This document shows, piece by piece, positions 63,644 to 64,000 of a stretch of 64,000 nucleotides of DNA (position 1 is its first letter; each line of letters opens with the position of its first letter). The position numbers were made by a program, and so were the translations under genes. Location of the stretch: contig CAYNUG010000001.1 of the NCBI GenBank assembly GCA_964400545.1, positions 2,394 to 66,393 of the forward strand. The letters run 5' to 3'. The DNA is from an uncultured Clostridia bacterium (GTDB taxonomy: Bacteria > Acidobacteriota > Aminicenantia > UBA2199). The notes beneath the pieces were generated by a model, which ran no database searches, had not been told where the DNA came from, and was given only the letters and a program-made list of their open reading frames with translations.

Positions 63644-64000
63644 ATGGCACCATTAAAAACAGAAGAGATAGACAGAATAGCAGAGAGAGTAGTCTCACTT
63701 TTAAAGAAGGACACTACTGCCAGCAATACGTTCTCCGGTGGTAATGGCATTTTCTCTTCAGTTGATTCTGCCGTAAACGCAGCTGCAAAAGCTCAGAAAG
63801 AATTTGTGAGACTCCCTCTTGAAGAAAGAAAAAAGATAATTGCGAACATAAGAAAAGAGATGCTCGCTAAAGCAGAAGAACTTGCAAAAATGGCATGGGA
63901 AGAAACAGGCATGGGAAGATGGGAAGACAAGATTGAAAAGAACCGTCTTGTGATCAACAAAACTCCCGGGACAGAGATATTAAAACCGGATGCATATTCA
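63644..64000 (+). CDS. acylating aldehyde dehydrogenase (PduP/EutE-like), 5' fragment running off the right edge
   Basis: Not in the ORF track. ATG 63644 follows AGGAG (63633-63637); 119 codons are open to the window end: MAPLKTEEIDRIAERVVSLLKKD...GIFSSVDSAVNAAAKAQKEFVRLPLEERKKIIANIRKEML...WEETGMGRWEDKIEKN. This is the typical start of BMC-associated AldDH. Confidence 0.75.
   Translation, partial: MAPLKTEEIDRIAERVVSLLKKDTTASNTFSGGNGIFSSVDSAVNAAAKAQKEFVRLPLEERKKIIANIRKEMLAKAEELAKMAWEETGMGRWEDKIEKNRLVINKTPGTEILKPDAYS
63662..63703 (+). other. candidate N-terminal encapsulation peptide of the aldehyde dehydrogenase
   Basis: EEIDRIAERVVSLL, with amphipathic helix periodicity, is followed by a Ser/Thr/Gly-rich linker (TTASNTFSGGNG) before the catalytic domain. 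Confidence 0.5.

Noticed and set aside
1-64000. A window-wide look for rRNA, tRNA, tmRNA, CRISPR repeats, IS inverted repeats and alternative genetic code
   Set aside because: No intergenic gap exceeds about 380 bp, and none shows cloverleaf-like or repeat-spacer structure by eye. All conserved genes are intact under the standard code. This is visual inspection only; tRNAscan, Infernal or CRISPR finders would be definitive.

Overview
This is a gene-dense, low-GC bacterial chromosomal window using the standard genetic code. I call about 58 CDS. I recognised no rRNA, tRNA, CRISPR array, IS element or prophage. All homology calls come from motifs read by eye and recalled family signatures; nothing was searched.

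Left third (0-22 kb), mostly housekeeping:
- TonB-dependent receptor fragment and an M16 peptidase
- pyrK-pyrD-pyrF, an M29 aminopeptidase, recO, mgtE
- a pgsA-like/CheY/radical-SAM operon
- pepD, a polyprenyl synthase, an orphan arcA, and a quinol-type NO reductase

Centre (22.5-35.5 kb), an accessory cell-envelope island:
- An ECF sigma plus zf-HC2 anti-sigma pair lies divergent from an exported TPR-CHAT (caspase-like) protein.
- Downstream on the same strand come an 8xPKD protein, a 635-aa outer-membrane barrel candidate, and a 3xPKD paralogue. The two PKD proteins share an uncharacterised C-terminal module of about 215 aa.
- Next is a trio of DUF4198-like, porin-like and small periplasmic proteins, with a perfect 8-bp inverted repeat in their divergent promoter region.

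Right third:
- hemW, trmJ, recD2, dnaG-rpoD, a Xer-type recombinase, gpmI, a FadL-like OMP, a class I aldolase, metK, an HD-GYP regulator, and rimI-tsaB
- An 11-kb same-strand array follows: membrane protein, 5'-nucleotidase, tdk, udk, PRTase, add, nupC.
- That array runs directly into the start of a bacterial microcompartment locus: RpiB-DeoC fusion, BMC-T, BMC-H, BMC-P and an acylating aldehyde dehydrogenase, cut by the window end.

Best leads:
1. The sugar-phosphate-type BMC physically coupled to nucleoside scavenging. The same amphipathic helix motif sits at the AldDH N-terminus and inside the RpiB-DeoC linker.
2. The ECF/anti-sigma/CHAT/PKD/barrel/PKD module, for which I know no characterised counterpart.
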